A stretch of DNA of 64,000 bases from Tubulanus polymorphus (GCF_964204645.1 NC_134031.1:16169807-16233806); one strand, 5' to 3'. Positions 36,683 to 50,393 are shown, numbered from the stretch's first letter. Notes: generated by a model from the letters alone, not told the origin. Numbers and translations: made by a program.

Positions 36683-39600
36683 ATGAAACTCCTTCGTCTA
36701 AACAACAAAATGCGAGTTTTCGCTGTCATTTTACTCTTTTCGGTGATTCACTGTTCAGTTTCTAAGATAAGTCAACATTTCGGAGCGTCGTCGAATTCTG
36801 CAGTACGCGGGCCGTATATTGCCGAGCACAGGAACATTTCCAACTTCGAATGCGTCACGAGATGTTTGAAAAGAAAAGTTTGTTTATCATTTAATGTTAA
36901 TGAAACTTTGTGTCAGTTGAGTTCAAAATTACCAGATGGAGCCGTGGATTTGCGAGTAAAAGACGGTACTATATTTCAATTCAGGGTAAGTTGTAAGAAA
37001 GCGAAATTCGTTTCTTGAATCAAAGACCAAATAGTTAATTTATCTAGTTTCATCTTAACGGCAAAGAAAGATATTATTTCCATCTTTTCACATTATCTTA
37101 ATTTATATACAGCTTAAATGAATGTGCAGCTTTTATTCAGGTAGACAATTTTGTTTTACAATTTTGTTTGGTTTTGCTGTTAAACAATGCAAATCAGTTG
37201 AACGGGATCTAACGGACTTGAATAGAAGATTTGAAGGATTCGAAGAGCGAAATCTGGACGCAGATTTCTCTTTTTTGCTATTACGGTTGAATACGATTTT
37301 TTCAACTCATTTCAGTGTGCTGGTGATATATATTGTAACCGATATGGTAAGTGTGCTTTGTCATCTTTTCAAAGCATTAATATGCACAAACCTCTATTTA
37401 CTGATGAGGAAAAAACAAACAGCAATGTCAATAATTCTAACGCCAGTCGAGTTGAGGTTTCCGGAGAAGTATGAATAGGTATCGTGATTTCGAGTGGCAA
37501 CCGGTATTCTTATGAATTTCCCTTCTGGCTATCGTAAATATACGGAAGCGATAAAGGGCCTCGAGTTGTCGCGTTCCGACTCGACAAGTCGCCATATTTA
37601 TGTCGATATATCGCGTCAAGTCGACATGAATATGTCGACATATCGTGACGTTTTCACGACAAATTTCGCTTTTTTACGGAAGCGATAAGGGGCCTCGAGA
37701 TGTCGCGTTCCAACTCGACAAGTCGTCATATTTATGTCGACATACCGCGATATATCGCGTCAAGTCGACATGAATATGTCGATATATCGTGACGTTTTGA
37801 CGACATATTTCGTTTTCTCGACCATTTTCCTCGCGACAAGTCGACATATTCATGACGACTTGAAACTCAGTCGTCATATTACTGGCGTCCTCATCTTACA
37901 TTTAGTCATGTCTTCAAATGACGGCTTGTCCCGTGGAAAATGAGCGAAAAAGCGAAATTTGTCGTGAAAACGTCACGATATGTCGACATATTCATGACGA
38001 CTTGACACGATATATCGCGATATATCGACATAAATATGGCGACTTGTCGACTTTGAACGCGACAACTCGAGGCCCCTTATCGCTTCCGTACTTTTTCGCC
38101 CATTTTGCACGGGACTACGGAAGCGATAAGGGGCCTCGAGATGTCGCGTTCCAACTCGACAAGTCGTCATATTTATGTCGACATACCGCGATATATCGCA
38201 TCAAGTCGACATGAATATGTCGATATATCGTGACGTTTTGACGACATATCTCGTTCTCTCGACCACTTTCCTCGCGACAAGTCGACATATTCACGACGAC
38301 TTGAAACTCAGTCGTCATTTCACTGGTGTCCTCATCTTACATTTAGACATGTCTTCAAATGACGGCTTGTCCCGTGGAAAATGGGCGAAAAAGCGAAATT
38401 TCTCGTGAAAACGTCCCGATATGTCGACATATTCATGTCGACTTGATGCGATATATCGCGATATATCGACATAAATATGGCGACTTGTCGAGTTGGTACG
38501 CGACATCTCGAGGCCCCTTATCGCTTCCGTACGGGACAAGCCGTCATTTGAAGACACGTCGAAATGTAAGATGAGGACGCCAGTGATATGACGACTGAGT
38601 TTCAAGTCGTCATGAATATGTCAACTTGTCGCGAGGAAAGTGGTCGAGAAAACGAAATATGTCGTCAAAACGTCACGATATATCGACATATTCATGTCGA
38701 CTTGATGCGATATATCGCGATATATCGACATAAATATGGCGACTTGTCGAGTTGGTACGCGACATCTCGAGGCCCCTTATCGCTTCCGTACGGGACAAGC
38801 CGTCATTTGAAGACACGTCGAAATGTAAGATGAGGACGCCAGTGATATGACGACTGAGTTTCAAGTCGTCATGAATATGTCAACTTGTCGCGAGGAAAGT
38901 GGTCGAGAAAACGAAATATGTCGTCAAAACGTCACGATATATCGACATATTCATGTCGACTTGACGCGATATATCGCGGTATGTCGACATAAATATGACG
39001 ACTTGTCGAGTTGGAACGCGACATCTCGAGGCCCCTTATCGCTTCCGTATAAATTGGTTAAAACGATGTCCTAAAATGCGAGCTCATTCAGTCCCAACCA
39101 ACGGATGAAAAAGTTATGCATCGATTGGTGTGAGCGGGAACCTCATCATCGAGATATCAAGAATCTGCAGTGTAGAAATAGGATAAACCAGAAAATATTG
39201 TACAAATTTGAATTTTGAGTCGAATATCAGTTGTTCAAAAGTGTTGTTTCGGCTTTGAATGAACTCTTATTCACGATGAGTGCCTTCATTTTTGTAGATA
39301 TTCGCCTGTTTCCCAACCGTTGTAAACATTTAGTCGCTAATGGTATCACGGAGGATGGCACTTATCAACTTTATTTGAACGGTATTTTTAAAGAAAGCGT
39401 CGCCATTTATTGTTACAACATGTCGTCGAAAGCAGGACCTAAAGAATATCTAACTCTGCCAGCTGGAAAAGGCGCTAACTACGCGATTACATCAAAACCT
39501 AACATAAATCCTTACAGACGTTATTACGATATGTATTCGGAATCCTATTTCAGTAAAATTCGCCTTAATCTTGACGTGAGTATATCATAATATATAGTTA

Positions 39601-41216
39601 ACTAAACGATTCTGTCATTATTACAAAAATATACGGAAGCGATAAAGGGCCTCGAGTTGTCGCGTTCCAACTCGACAAGTCGCCATATTTATGTCGACAT
39701 ACCGCGATATATCGCGTCAGGTCGACATGAATATGTCGATATATCGTGACGTTTTGACGACATATTTCGTTTTCTCGACCACTTTCCTCGCAACAAGTCG
39801 ACATATTCATGACGACTTGAAACTCAGTCGTCATATCACTGGCGTCCTCATCTTACATTTAGACGTTTCTTCAAATGACGGCTTGTCCCGTGGAAAATGG
39901 GCAAAAAAGCGAAATTTGTTGTTAAAACGTCACGATAGGTCGACGTATTCATGTCGACTTGACGCGATATATTGCGATATATCGACATAAATATAGCGAC
40001 TTGTCGAATTGGAACGCGACATCTCGAGTCCCTTTATCGCTTCCGTACTTCCGTAAAAATGGGAACAATGAATGAAAACGTTTTCATATAATCGGTTCCT
40101 ATGATTTTGAATGATTCGATTGTATGAGTAAAAAGAATCAGAACCTTCGTACGGAAGCGATAAAGGGCCTCGAGATGTCGCGTTCCAACTCGACAAGTCG
40201 CTATATTTATGTCGATATACCGCGATGTATCGCGTCAAGTCGACATGAATATGTCGATATATCTTGACGTTTTGACGACATATTTCGCTTTCTCGACCAC
40301 TTTCCTCGCGACAAGTCGACATATTCATGACGACTTACAACTCAGTCGTCATATTACTGGTGTCCTCATCTTACATTTAGACATGTCTTCAAATGACGGC
40401 TTGTCCCGTGGGTAATGGGCAAAAAAGCGAAATTTGTCGCGAAAACGTCACGATATGTCGACATATTCATGTCGACTTGACGCGATATATCGCGATATGT
40501 CGACATAAATATGGCGACTTGTCGAGTTTGAACGCGACAACTCGAGGCCCTTTATCGCTTCCGTACCTTCGTCTAAAAAAACTTCTCAAAACGTTGAAAT
40601 GCCAATGTTATTTTTGCGCTCCAGACACTATATGTCATTAACGACGATTTCACGTTCGCGGACACGTCAAAACGGTTGGCCAAACGTCCATCCAACTGGA
40701 AACCAGCGAGGTACGGCGAGGCCAAGTCGTGCAGCAAAACTGATGGAGCTGCGCGTATAAACTTGTCTGGTACAGGATACCGAATTGCTCCCGGTGTGAG
40801 TAAATAGTAATTATCAGCTATTCATTTTTCAATTTCGTTTCATTGAAATTCCAGAAAACACAGAAAAATTCTATGTTGTATACCTAATACGCGCGCTAAT
40901 CATCTTTTTATTATATCTATTCATTTTTCAATTTCCATGTTATCAAAATTCTCCTGTACACCGAAGAAATATATCTGTATGACTTTTCATGCTCGCTGAC
41001 TTCGGGTGAAAGTTATCTAGCGGTCGATTTCTAGAAATCTGCAATGATATAGACATGTATTCATCAATTCAGATTGACTGGAAGGCTTCTGGATACGCTA
41101 ACGTCATCGCAGAGAAAAGAATATGGGCAAACCGTCAAAATGTATTACTTAAATGCCGTGCTTGGTGTGGAGGTTGTTCGCCGACCAAACGACTGAAACT
41201 CGAACGAATCCGATAA
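36683..41216 (+). CDS. PAN-GON gene D (intact): exons 36683(or 36710)-36985, 37316-37346, 39298-39575, 40625-40795, 41073-41216
   Basis: All five exons are open, with GT-AG sites and the same phases as gene A. Confidence 0.85.
37541..39049. mobile_element. Nested 416-bp MITE complex: host 37541-39049 with inserts 37675-38090 and 38116-38531 and a tandemly duplicated right half (38532-38790, 38791-39049)
   Basis: TSDs CTTTTT/CTTTTT and CGGGAC/CGGGAC; host TSD TAAATA/TAAATT. Confidence 0.85.
39632..40565. mobile_element. Two more 416-bp MITE copies (39632-40047 and 40150-40565)
   Basis: Same TIRs; TSD CCTTCG/CCTTCG for the second copy. Confidence 0.85.
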
Positions 41217-41513
41217 CCATCGAATCCAAACTTATGATTCGAATAAGCTACAGCTACTAGACTAGACGCCATTTTGATAGGGTACTGTTGTCGTGTAATT
41301 GTTGAGTCATTCTCTTCTCCTTTTTTAAAACTAATTTGTGACGCGTGGCATATTTCATTGGGACATGGATGGATTTTGACAGTTTTAGCACCCTTCAAAC
41401 CGTGTAAATTTCTATAGTTATCAGTCATGTAAATTTATGTCTCTAATTCGCAACAATGCGATACGAAAGCGATATAAAAACCTGTGTTAATGAGATCGGT
41501 GTAGAATGATGTC

Positions 41514-42515
41514 TTACAAATGTTTCCTCGTTAAGGCGAATAACGCCTTAACCTCGTCTCTATACTTGTCGAACGAAAAAGCGTATATCACGAAGTTTAA
41601 CGCGTAGTTAAAGCAGCTAACGGTCGTCGCGAATGAATTCAAAACCCAGAGAAAATGAGTGACGTCTGGATGTGACCAGCCGTCAAACGCACGCGCCAAA
41701 TGATGGAAAAGTGCAGCCGTGATGTTGTAAGGTGTAATGAATACAAAATAAACCGTTGATACCGCTAACAGATTTATTATACATTTCCTTTCATTTTTGT
41801 CTGATCCAGTTGTTTGCTTTGATTCACTCCACGCGTTTTGGCTTCGCCTGACGCCGATAATGATGAAAATATTCAGCGTCAAAACGGCGATCCACGGAAT
41901 CGTGTGGTTGTACACGTGGCCCTTGAGTCCTAAGGGGACGCGTAACCACACCGGAAGAATTCGACTGTTCCACTCGCAATGAGGGATTTCAGTTTGCGCC
42001 CCGCGTATGATCCCCATCACGGCGGGTAATTCTACGTTTGTGACGAGAGCTACGACGACCAAAACGACGAGGAATCGTTTACGACGGCTCGTAGTCATCG
42101 ACGTGCGACGAAACGGCGCCCAGACGCTGACGCACCGTTCAACCGAAAACGACAGGATGATCCATGCCGATAGCCAAGCGGCGCCCCACCACAAATAGAC
42201 GGTCGTTTTGCAGAGGAAGTTCGTGACGAGAATATGAACGGGCGTGCCGACGACGATCAAAAGATGGTCGAGCCACCATAGAATACCCATAGAGAACAGA
42301 ACGCAGGTATCGGTGCACGCTAACAGAAATAGGTACTGCACGCTGGCGCTGTCGATTCTCCTCCAAAGACGAGGGAAAACGATCAACGAAACGACATTAC
42401 CGAAAATACCGATTACAACCGTAACCGGGTGCACGTATTTGATACAGATTATAAGACCGAATTCAATGGCTGAATATCGGCTGCGCTGATGAAAACTGCT
42501 TCCGTTGCCGAACAT
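41514..42515 (-). CDS. Intronless class A (rhodopsin-like) GPCR, peptide-receptor-like (FMRFamide-receptor-like group), orphan
   Basis: Seven hydrophobic segments; GIFGNVVS (TM1), LFLLACTD (TM2), SVERC (DRY site), TM6 proline, NYALNFVIY (TM7). Confidence 0.9.
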   Translation of the reverse strand: MFGNGSSFHQRSRYSAIEFGLIICIKYVHPVTVVIGIFGNVVSLIVFPRLWRRIDSASVQYLFLLACTDTCVLFSMGILWWLDHLLIVVGTPVHILVTNFLCKTTVYLWWGAAWLSAWIILSFSVERCVSVWAPFRRTSMTTSRRKRFLVVLVVVALVTNVELPAVMGIIRGAQTEIPHCEWNSRILPVWLRVPLGLKGHVYNHTIPWIAVLTLNIFIIIGVRRSQNAWSESKQTTGSDKNERKCIINLLAVSTVYFVFITPYNITAALFHHLARAFDGWSHPDVTHFLWVLNSFATTVSCFNYALNFVIYAFSFDKYRDEVKALFALTRKHL

Positions 42516-44921
42516 GATCAATTATTGAGATACGGTACTCGCTCAGAAAAAATATTTCGGGACATTAACGCGACGTTGTATAACGATTATGTATCAGGAT
42601 GCGCTTTGTCTAATAACATGAAACTGCGAGGCATAATTGACTAATCGGCGCTAATTACAACGAAGAGACTCTCTTGCCTACAAGCAAACGAAGTCACGCG
42701 ACGACGGTACGAAATAACCAAATGGAAATAGCTGGAAACGCTGAAAAGTGAATACTGACCGTAATGATGATCAGACGAAATGTATGAAATCCCAGAGCCC
42801 CTCGTACCATGTTATATAATGTATATAGTAACGACTAATGTAAACGATTTCAAAGAGGCTAGTATAAGATTTGATTGAAGTTTTGCAATAAGAATAAATG
42901 CTCAATCTTATATTTGTGTTGGACACCATATCATCCATGCATCCATGCATCCATCCATGCTAATCATTTTTAAAAATTCGACTTTTAGACTTTTATAGTA
43001 CGTCGAATTTTTAAGGCCAGGGTAAAGCGTGATGCGCAAGCTGTCCAAGTCGTTATTTGCGTTATTCAGTGATGGCTAGTTAGTAGTCAAGCTTCCAGAT
43101 CCTATCTTTCAGAATGATACTGCACATTGTGAGGATTTTATGAAATTATCAGGGTTTGATGGTAACATACATGGCTTCAATTTCAGAAGCGGTACCCATA
43201 CGCTCATCTGGGCCCGTTTTTAAAGATGGCCGCCATTTGTCCAAGCGTATGCTGAATACGATATAAATCACCGATTTCAGCAATCTTTAGTGTCTATTTT
43301 ATGCTTTTGAGAACATTAAAAAACTGGGTTTTCGGACTCGAAAATTCAGCATAAAAACCTGTAGCAGCCATTTTTCAAGATGGCGGCCATTTTTGATTAA
43401 TAACTCAGTCACATTTCCACAATCTTGTTGTTAATATATATAATATAGGCTTCACAACACAAACATTCGCAGGCTCTAAAAATTTCGATTGTTCGACGTA
43501 GAAAATTGTGGACGTTGAGCCATCTAGTGTGTACGGGTAGTTAATGAAGTAGAATTTTCAATTAGTAGAAGGCGACGTGCTGTCGAAGCGTTGCTGCCGA
43601 ATGGACGCAAAAACAGAAACCTGTCAGTATTTGTCGATTAGGCTGTCATTTTTTATCGTTTGTAGTTGTAGCCCCTATATGAACAAAAATATATCCTCAA
43701 CGGGGGAATCCGATATATCATTGTTTTTACATTATAAATTCGTATATGTATTAAAGTTGGTGCTGTTACATTTGGAAAATAATGGAAATATATATATATA
43801 TATATAATGTAAGAAGCCGGTGATTATGTTATGTTATACTCAAGAGTTACACAAGAAAAAATCAACAAAAACAACGAGAAATAATGAAAAATATCACGAC
43901 AAAAAGTAGAAATATCATGAACACGTTATCTATCTATATCTCAAAGTGAGGAGTAATGTAAACGATGCTTTTTTTTCCTCGAAGAGAAATAATTTGTTGA
44001 AGAACCTTATGAAAATTTATGAAAATGTTAGTGTTGTACTACATGGAATATGCGATGAATCTATAGGCAGCTACATGTATATGTAACTTGCTGATGTTAA
44101 TTTACTGTAATATAGTGAACGTACAGATTTAAGATGAAAGGGATGCATTCCAAATGACATTGGATTTTAAAACTGTACTTTTAAGTTTTTCAGATCGCTA
44201 TCAAATGCTACGATGGATTTGGTCAAGTACAAGAACACATAGAATGGACATGAGATGTTGAATCGACAGAATTGTTCATCTATCAATTTTGATTACTCTA
44301 GGGTTTTTATGTACCTTATAAAGACCGAAATATTCTTACAATGACATACATATAAACAGACACCTATGATAGACTATATTGTATAATATAGAAAAGCTAG
44401 TTCCTTATGGGTCCATGAATCTAAGGGGGAGCTGAAGCGTCCTGGGGACACCTTTGTAAAAACAATATTTTTTCGAAGTTCTCAATCAGAGTAATTTCAG
44501 TCGGAATAAACTAAGTTGTCTTATGTAGTTAAAAGTGATTGAGGAAATGAAAAATGTCCCCAGGATTCTTCCGTACGAATCAGATATATTCAAGTTATTT
44601 TTGTTCCAACTTGACTATATTTTTGTCTCAAATATTATCTAAAAAGTAGTCACCTTGGTATGAAAATCTGCAGTCATATGGAGGTGTGTATGCATTTTAC
44701 CAAAAATTCATATTATGAATTTTTGATTTTACATACATTTCAAATAGTCAAATTCAATTTTTAATCCGAGTTTCCTCTTTGAGTTTCCAATCTTTTAAGC
44801 TTTTGAAAATTGCTGCAATGACAAAAACAATATTGCAGCATTCGGCAATCGAAATATCCACCTGTCGTATAAATTTTAGGTATAGAATACATATTTTACA
44901 TCCGTGTATACGTTTTTTCAG

Positions 44922-47172
44922 TGCGACGGCGATATCTACTGCATAGAATAGAATATATTCTATTGCACACGAAAGTACATTTGCTTAGAGCCAAAAGACA
45001 TTAAAAAATGAATGTCAATACAATATCAGGACAATATCAGAAGCAAAATTATGTTGTATTTTGGATAGGCAATAGCCAAGGCTAATATCTCTCCAAGATT
45101 ACACTTCACAGTTAATGTGTGACAAAAAATGACAAAGCAATGTTATTCAAAATATTTGAGACCTCTTCGTATAAATAAGGCAAGCTTTCGGAGTTTTACA
45201 TCTGATGATCTAAATAAATCTACAAATTTATGTTATTGTGGGTTATCTACAAAGTACAAGCTAAAAAGGTCTCGACGGAAATTGGCAAAAAACGGACAAA
45301 CAGATATGAAATGAAATTCGTCATAGACAACTCGCATATTACACGTTGTGCAAAGTCTGTGCACACGTGGGACACGGTTATACCTCCCAGTTTCAATAGG
45401 GAAGCGGTGGTTCGAACATCGAAATAATAATAATAATAAATTTATTTCCACAATAAAATTACAACATGTCATAAAGAGATATACAAATATGAAATGTTTT
45501 AATATAATGTGGAGGAGATTAGATGAAGCCAATGAACGCTTATAAAATCTCTAATCCCCTAGCATACACCGATTCACTCAACTCATACACACATGCAGTC
45601 GTACACCTTCACCCAACATGCACCCACACACGTAGTCACTCAGGCGGTCAATCACACTATCTTTCATTCACTCTTACAATCTGGTAATAGATGACAGATA
45701 CAGACAGATTAATTACAAATTCATTAGATACAATTTAAGTTTTCTTTTGAAAGTATCTATACACGACAGTTGTTTTAAAATCTACAAAGGCTTATCCTTA
45801 AATCGTCTGACAATTGAGTAAGATAAGTTTCAAATCCCCATTCCGTTTTGAATATCTTATATAAATCAGCAATACTAGAAATGCTACACTGATCCCTCCA
45901 ATATTGAATGAATTGGTCCTTTAATCGTAGTGACAGACTTTGCGCTACATAATCGGGGTTATGCGGGGTTTGGTCGTACCAAAAATGTCCAAGGCCGTTT
46001 GTTATAAGCGTGTTTTGGATGAAAACTAACAAGGAACCACATTCTGCAGACTTTAGTATAACATGCGATATTTTAGATGATAATTTATTGCTATTACGCA
46101 GTTTAGCCCAGAACTTCATTAATCTAATTTTTATAATAATTTCAAGTGGAAAACGCCCTATCTCTCCATACGCAAAAATGGTAGGAGTTGACTCCTTTAG
46201 CTTCCAAAGGTACTTAACAAATTTCAATATGACGATATTGTGAGTACGAACACTCCACAAACGGAAGCTAATATTAAATTATTGATACAAAGGGCACGAA
46301 AAAGCGGACTTTCGACTTTTTCGAGCATATTGTGAAGCACGCCGTAAAAACGGACGAGATTACCTATGTAATATGAATTAGTGTTTTTATCTCCTTTATA
46401 TGAGTACATGAATATTCCAGCTGATTTTTACCTCCCCGAACTCTTGAATTATTCAATAAACCAAATCGACTAAAAATCCTAAAATTGGTCTCTTTTACAA
46501 AATTCGATTGTCGTGAAGTCTGCATCCAGTGCATACACCTATTACTTTAAGGTGCATAGTTTATGAGTACCATATACCAACTTGAAGTTGAACCAACCAT
46601 AAGAACCATATACGATAAACCAATGTATAACACTGCATTCTTTGTTTTTCCCCAGACCTGGCTGAGTGTTACTGACGATTTTGCATTTGCAGAGACGTCA
46701 AAACGACTACCATCAGTTTAAAAGTACTGGCGGTTAGGTTCTTGTAGACCTGCGTTTGACAACAGTTCATGTAAACAAGATGATAAATTGAGGTTTACCT
46801 CGGTATCTTAGCAATGATTACGTTCAGGGATCATATTTTCCTATACAAATTAATTTCATCTATCAAAATCTATGGACAAAACAAATGCATGCTTCAAGGG
46901 CATATTTAACACTGATGGCATCCGAGGTCACCGTAAGCAAAATGATGCAACGGCACTGTTGATATGTATTTTCATTTCAAATTTTTTCTTGTTAACAAAA
47001 CACGAGGGATTATTGTTTAAACCTTCAGGAATGCCTGGGTGGCTGAAGGTAACGATGCTTAAATAACCTATCGGACCGCCGCCAAATCATCGATGTTAAG
47101 TGCATCGGCAATTGCGGAATGTGCCGCCCGAACGCTCCTTTGAAACTCGTCCGTAACCGAGAATCTCCTTAA
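44922..47172 (+). pseudogene. Decayed PAN-GON pseudogene E, interrupted by LINE fragments
   Basis: Microexon remnant CDGDIYCIE* at 44922; exon-4 remnant TDDFAFAETSKRLP with a stop at about 46656-46720; exon-5 remnant WVAEGNDA*..KCIGNCGMCRPNAPLKL. Confidence 0.7.
45150..46260 (-). mobile_element. Non-LTR retrotransposon (CR1/L2-group-like) 3' ORF2 fragments, split by another LINE-like 3' tail at about 45420-45775
   Basis: YGEIGRFPL..RLMKFW..DQFIQYW..FETYL..RISLCRF / RCSNHRFPIETGRY..RLCTTC..DEFHFISVCP; (TAA)n tract at about 45423-45438. Confidence 0.8.
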
Positions 47173-48079
47173 AGGCTGGAACTGAGCACAGGAATTCCAG
47201 CCAATTAGAGACCGAATATACATAGTACCGTTAGCATCATTAGTTTGATGTCACAAACATTCAATTTCAAGTAGTTTCAAACGCAAACCGAACCCAGGAA
47301 GAAAGACACTCTAAATATTTGGATGGATATATGAAAGCTGTGGGTACTGGAGTGTGTAATGGGTAGTGTAGTGTGATCTGTGTGCATTTGTGGCCAGGAC
47401 ACAGATCACATTCACCAAGAACCTTAGTGTCTGATGTACCACAGTGGTTACACAGGATCGTAGAGGAACGTAGATACACTGTGGAGACAGCCACACTGCC
47501 AGGACTGGGTGAAAGATCACATTGTTCAATGGGGTTTGGTCCAGGACTCGCGAGATTTTCAACAACACGGAAGTAACGTGTAATAAATGATGACTTGAAT
47601 TGCATGACTTCCTACCACACCCCTCATTATTGTTGGAAAACTAAACGTTCGGCACTGATTAAAAATTAGTAATAACATTTTAGAAATGGCCAGAATTTTA
47701 ACTTAGGTTCTATCTCATTTCTATTTTACAATTGCGATTGGTATGATTTTTTTTAAACGGCCGTTAAGGCTTCGTGTTTCGGCTGCAATTCACTGCAAAT
47801 AGTTACGCAACTATGCACATTTCAGTGTTTTTGGCAGCTGTACACTCAATCGGCACCGTTCGTGACTAGCTTCGCTGCGGAATTATCATTAATTAACATC
47901 GCCATATCACATCATCAACTTATATTGTGCCTTAAAACCCTAACAGCCGAAATAATTGAAATGCACACACGATTTCTATCATTGAAAATTGAGAGAGTGG
48001 CCATGTTTGTGTTTGCTGCTTCGCGTAAATCCCGCGCGGTGGCGCAACCGCGCGGAGTGGGGATCGTGGAAAACCGACT

Positions 48080-49527
48080 TTGTCATTTATAGAAAAACTA
48101 AATTTGAATCGTGATCAGGATATTGATACTTTACTGAATTTATTCATAATACTATACGCAGATGATACAGTTATTCTTGCTGAGGATGCGAAATCTCTTC
48201 AGCTACACTTAGATACCTTATTTGAATATTGCGCGGCTAATGGTCTCACTGTTAACTCAGAGAAAACTAAAGTACTAGTATTTGCGCGAAGTAAATCCCG
48301 GATAAAAACGATTTCGAAATTTATGTTTGGTGATCAAGAGTTAGAGGTAGTTGAAGATTATGTTTATCTCGGAGTAAAATTCAATTGGAATGGTAACTTT
48401 GCTAAGGCAAAAAGTATCTTTACGATAAAGCTATGAGAGCTATGTTTTCGATCGTTCAAAAAGGCAGACGTTTGAAATTTCCCATAGATGTTATGTTTAA
48501 ATTATTTGATACGTGTGTTGCTCCAATAGCCATGTATGGGTGTGAGATCTGGGGATACGAAAATCTTGATTTATTAGAAAATATTCATTGCTTCTTCTGT
48601 AAAATCTTAATGAAAGTGACGAAATATTCTCGCAACTTACAAGTTTTATCAGAGCTAGGACGTTACCCCTTGAATTTAGATGTTAGACGCAGGATGATTA
48701 ACTTTTGGGTTAAAACAGTATCTGGAAAGCAAACCAAACTTAATTCAATACTCTATAAAATATCTTTCAATTTATTTTTAAGGGATAAATTTAAGAGCCC
48801 TTGGTTATCATATATAAAGAAAACGTTTGATGACTGTGGTTTGTCCTGCATTTGGACGCAGCAATTCACGACTAACAGTAAATCTTTTTCAAAACGAATA
48901 AAACAGATACTCCGTGACCAGCACCTTCAAGAAACTGTATCTGCCATAAATACTAATCCGATATACACTAACTTTAGGCAATATAAAAATGATATTAGGT
49001 TAGAGAAGTATATAATAGAACTTGGTGATGACTTAGGAACTAGTTTATTTGAATTCAGGGTCGGGTCCTATATTTTACCTGTGAACAAATTTTCAAACCT
49101 TCATTTAGACAGAGCCGATAGAATATGCCCCACTTGTAATACTTTAGGTGACGAATCCCATTTTCTGTTTGACTGTACCTTACTTAACGAACAACGCAAA
49201 AACTTTTTGAATTTGAATACCTTAAATACCCTTGATATTCTGAAAAACCCAACGGTCAACTTAGCTAAATTCATTAAGACCGGCTTAGATGTATATAGAT
49301 CCCTCCAATAGTATATATAGTATTGTAAATAGTTGATGTATATAATAGTATATATAGTATTGTAAATAGTTGATGTATATATATATTTCGTTACGTTTTC
49401 ATTCTCTAAATTTTAATCACTTCAGTGTTGTTTTGTAAATATTTGTATATACATGTGTAATAATTTTCCTCCATATACCATGGAAATGGTTGGAGTGTAA
49501 ATAAATCGTAATCGTAATCGTAATCGG
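48080..49527 (+). mobile_element. 5'-truncated LINE (CR1/L2-group-like): RT C-terminal half, CCHC domain, 3' UTR and (AATCGT)n tail
   Basis: LYADD, EKTK, YVYLG, MYGCEIWG, ELGRYPL, RICPTC..GDESHFLFDC; a single frameshift in the A-run near 48409-48413; AATAAA followed by TCGTAA repeats at about 49499-49527. Confidence 0.9.
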
Positions 49528-50393
49528 GCCGATACGTCCAGCACGGCAGATGACTGGAACGAATATCTAGCAACGAAATTCGTAGAATCTATGGTGTGAG
49601 CGGCTCTATATGATGTCACTAGCACATTGTACTCAAAAACGAACCAGAAAGATAAATATCTTATAGAAATAACCTTTCAGCTGGAAATATATTTCCCAAT
49701 AATTCAAAGTAACTTGAATTTATTTTTGAAATGCTTATCAGGTGACCATCTGAGCCGGTGCAGTTGCTAGTAATCGTAACCGATATAAGCAGGGAAGCAA
49801 CTGGTCGGATCTCATATCCCAGTAGTTGGCAGTTTTTTTTAATCGAAGCGCAGTCGACATAAGCTGGGCTGCGATCACGGTTGCTCTCAGTTGCGTCGGT
49901 AGGAGTAGGTAGGCGTCGCGTCGCTTGTCGACATAAGCCAGCCTTTACAGATACGGAGAAGCTCGATTTGAAAGTCTGAAAGGTCAAGTCGGTAATATTG
50001 CAAAGGAAAGATGTCTTGATGGAAGATTTTCTCGTTTTCTATTTTGTCGTGCGCGTTATCTTATCATGCGATGTATAAATAGGTAAATGCACGGGAGCAT
50101 GGATTAATGACTTATTAACTGGTAAACTACAAGGGACATCGTTCGAACCATGTTGAAAAAAACTACCAAAATTGTTATATTTGTTCCATATTTGTTATTA
50201 CGACGAACTACGAAGTTATGACGCCACCACACCAATAACCAATGAGAGCATGGGTGTAAAAGTTCTCTGCAAATATTGGTTATCACTAATGTTCTACAAT
50301 ATTTTTGTTTCTAATAAATGTTGACAAAATCTCGAAAAACATTCATTACATTAGCGGGAAACCTTGGTGCATGACGTTCCACTAGATAAAAAA

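Noticed and set aside
31288-40565. CRISPR-like or bacterial repeat array
   Set aside because: The context is eukaryotic, there is no repeat-spacer periodicity or cas gene, and TIRs plus TSDs explain the repeats
31135-40641. Many recurring 60-130 aa ORFs (MSTYRDISRQVDMNMS.., ..RHIHVDLTRYIA..)
   Set aside because: They are translations of the palindromic 416-bp MITE on both strands, with no transposase motifs
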